A stretch of 64,000 bases of DNA, from positions 391,950 to 455,949 of the forward strand of contig NIVC01000102.1 in assembly GCA_002269645.1 (NCBI GenBank). Direction: 5' to 3'. The position numbers and the translations under genes were made by a program. Origin of the DNA: Macrostomum lignano (lineage: Eukaryota). Below the pieces are notes generated by a model that was given only the letters and a program-made list of their open reading frames with translations, was not told the DNA's origin and searched no databases. Positions 63,701 to 64,000 of the stretch are shown here, in pieces. Position 1 is the stretch's first letter, and every line of letters begins with the position of its first letter.

Positions 63701-64000
63701 TTTATTGCATCGAGGCGGCAAAACGAGCGGCAAGTGGTCGCAACTGGAAGTTAGTGAAGTGTCTCTTGCAGACTATTGCAGATTCAGCTATTGCTAAAGA
63801 TTTTTGCCTTCAGGTTGGGGAGACTGCTGCAAAGGATGGCCACGTGGAAATTTTGAAAGAAATTCTTGACAGAGAGACGTCTGCAAACAAAAAACTGCTT
63901 TCTAGACGCAAGTGCGCAATGGCGGCTTGCTCTCGTCTTCACGAGCATATCGTTGCCTACCTAGGCCTCGAGCCCGACTGGCTCTTCCAATACAGCACCA
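60763..64000 (+). CDS. Second KDxCC ankyrin-like repeat gene (paralog of 43559), exon 1, truncated by the window end
   Basis: ATG GCC GAA CCA at 60763; in frame at every point checked and through to LGLEPDWLFQYST at 63961-63999; absent from the ORF track because no stop falls in the window. Confidence 0.85.
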   Translation, partial: MAEPANIKDAVAIGDLQSVEAFLQAIGDEAEKGKAADKLTRLAARSRQWEIVRLLVQAVEDSSPKDRCCLEIAKVAALSNEWAMLKFLVEAIADQSVKDLCCQKTVKSAAWSSQWETIKFLVQTATDPKVKDSCCLKAMNFAVSERHWNLFLFLLQETSDQDIKNSYCSEVCQLAASESQWEVVKLLLQAASDPAVTDRCCSESACFAAAFALFDTVRFLSERITDRSAKDQCCRQVAVIYAEAGRLDLMKDLVQSIADQKVKDECCKEAAKSAAIESQTPELQFLLESISDQSTKNQCCIEATQESIKGCSYNNAESLRLDGDQTDFISDNKGDDKEVKHQVPALQMLFESLSDGQAKDQWCLKAAECAAAVGRLEVVQFAVQRASERSVQEQCWARAAESAARSNQFGLVKCMLPAVVRQDVKDECCMQAVKYHASTGCINEAKYFFFKLSSQSLRNKCSEEVLNDISTSEHKKLIAQNSYWTFVDFLVQAISDQDLKNRCCSDLIRASSKIHWPAWSFLINLILDQTVKDDCCRVLAQSASQQGQIDIAKNFIKRVAAQSIKDKCCLEIVTSATPSTRNWQFLTFLLASVVDIDAQNEFCIAAGAAIMEQYGWSKVKVFLRRIIGQGLRDLCFAAMSYNVKFFSDVLQSNPRMSTEAINFAMNIVNKSMRSKFLLDLASHFTKPKMWDEVNKVLNIIIDQKLDNQNCRKSANTAVSARELDIVKQFLQTKTELGNKISAGEAIVQTAAEDNHFDTINLLLQAIPDPFDKDQCCLQAILRCFVPLKVACVNDDFLCIIFDSASSSQAQDQFRMLVAVISAQSGDLESLKSYLSSIADAAMRRNCCRDAAVAAARCGESEVLQFLLSTVADPNDKDEICFLAAKSSASHSRLKCFQLLVQTVADQKQRSQCCMRSEVFANDENKLSSVKRLVQAAGANGFKDQFCMEVASAINYFSGPEPPKELQYLIDAVSSHQVRDFYCIEAAKRAASGRNWKLVKCLLQTIADSAIAKDFCLQVGETAAKDGHVEILKEILDRETSANKKLLSRRKCAMAACSRLHEHIVAYLGLEPDWLFQYST

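Larger units (their letters stand above)
57725..64000 (+). repeat. Tandem segmental duplication of about 38950-46750
   Basis: Collinear matches through PIG-W pieces, intergenic DNA and the repeat gene (ATG offset 17204 bp). Confidence 0.9.

Overview
Eukaryotic, intron-containing animal DNA that is very rich in tandem repeats. The style (GC-rich exons, satellite-filled introns) resembles the flatworm Macrostomum, but that is my inference and not a database result. Reconstructed genes with phase-consistent GT-AG splicing: first exon of a receptor guanylyl cyclase/NPR-like gene (-, 9614-9996); Rab5 (-, 2 exons); UQCRC2 (+, 3 exons); a ZPBP/Sp38-like Ig + Cys-rich transmembrane protein (-, 5 exons); and PIG-W/GWT1 (+, 3 exons). 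Main observation: the 1216-aa ORF at 43559 (about 28-30 novel 33-aa 'KDxCC' ankyrin-like repeats plus 3 canonical ankyrins) ends on a phase-2 donor. This splices in frame, across a Gypsy element, onto Mab-21/cGAS-like nucleotidyltransferase exons, predicting a 1849-aa repeat-solenoid-cGLR receptor with intact catalytic acids. A tandem paralog starts at 60763 and is missing from the ORF track because it runs off the window. It differs by a whole repeat unit and has a hypervariable middle. Between Rab5 and UQCRC2 lies a nested transposon cluster with extreme CpG loss and C>T/G>A fossilisation flanking a CpG-retaining island. No CRISPR, rRNA or tRNA genes were seen.
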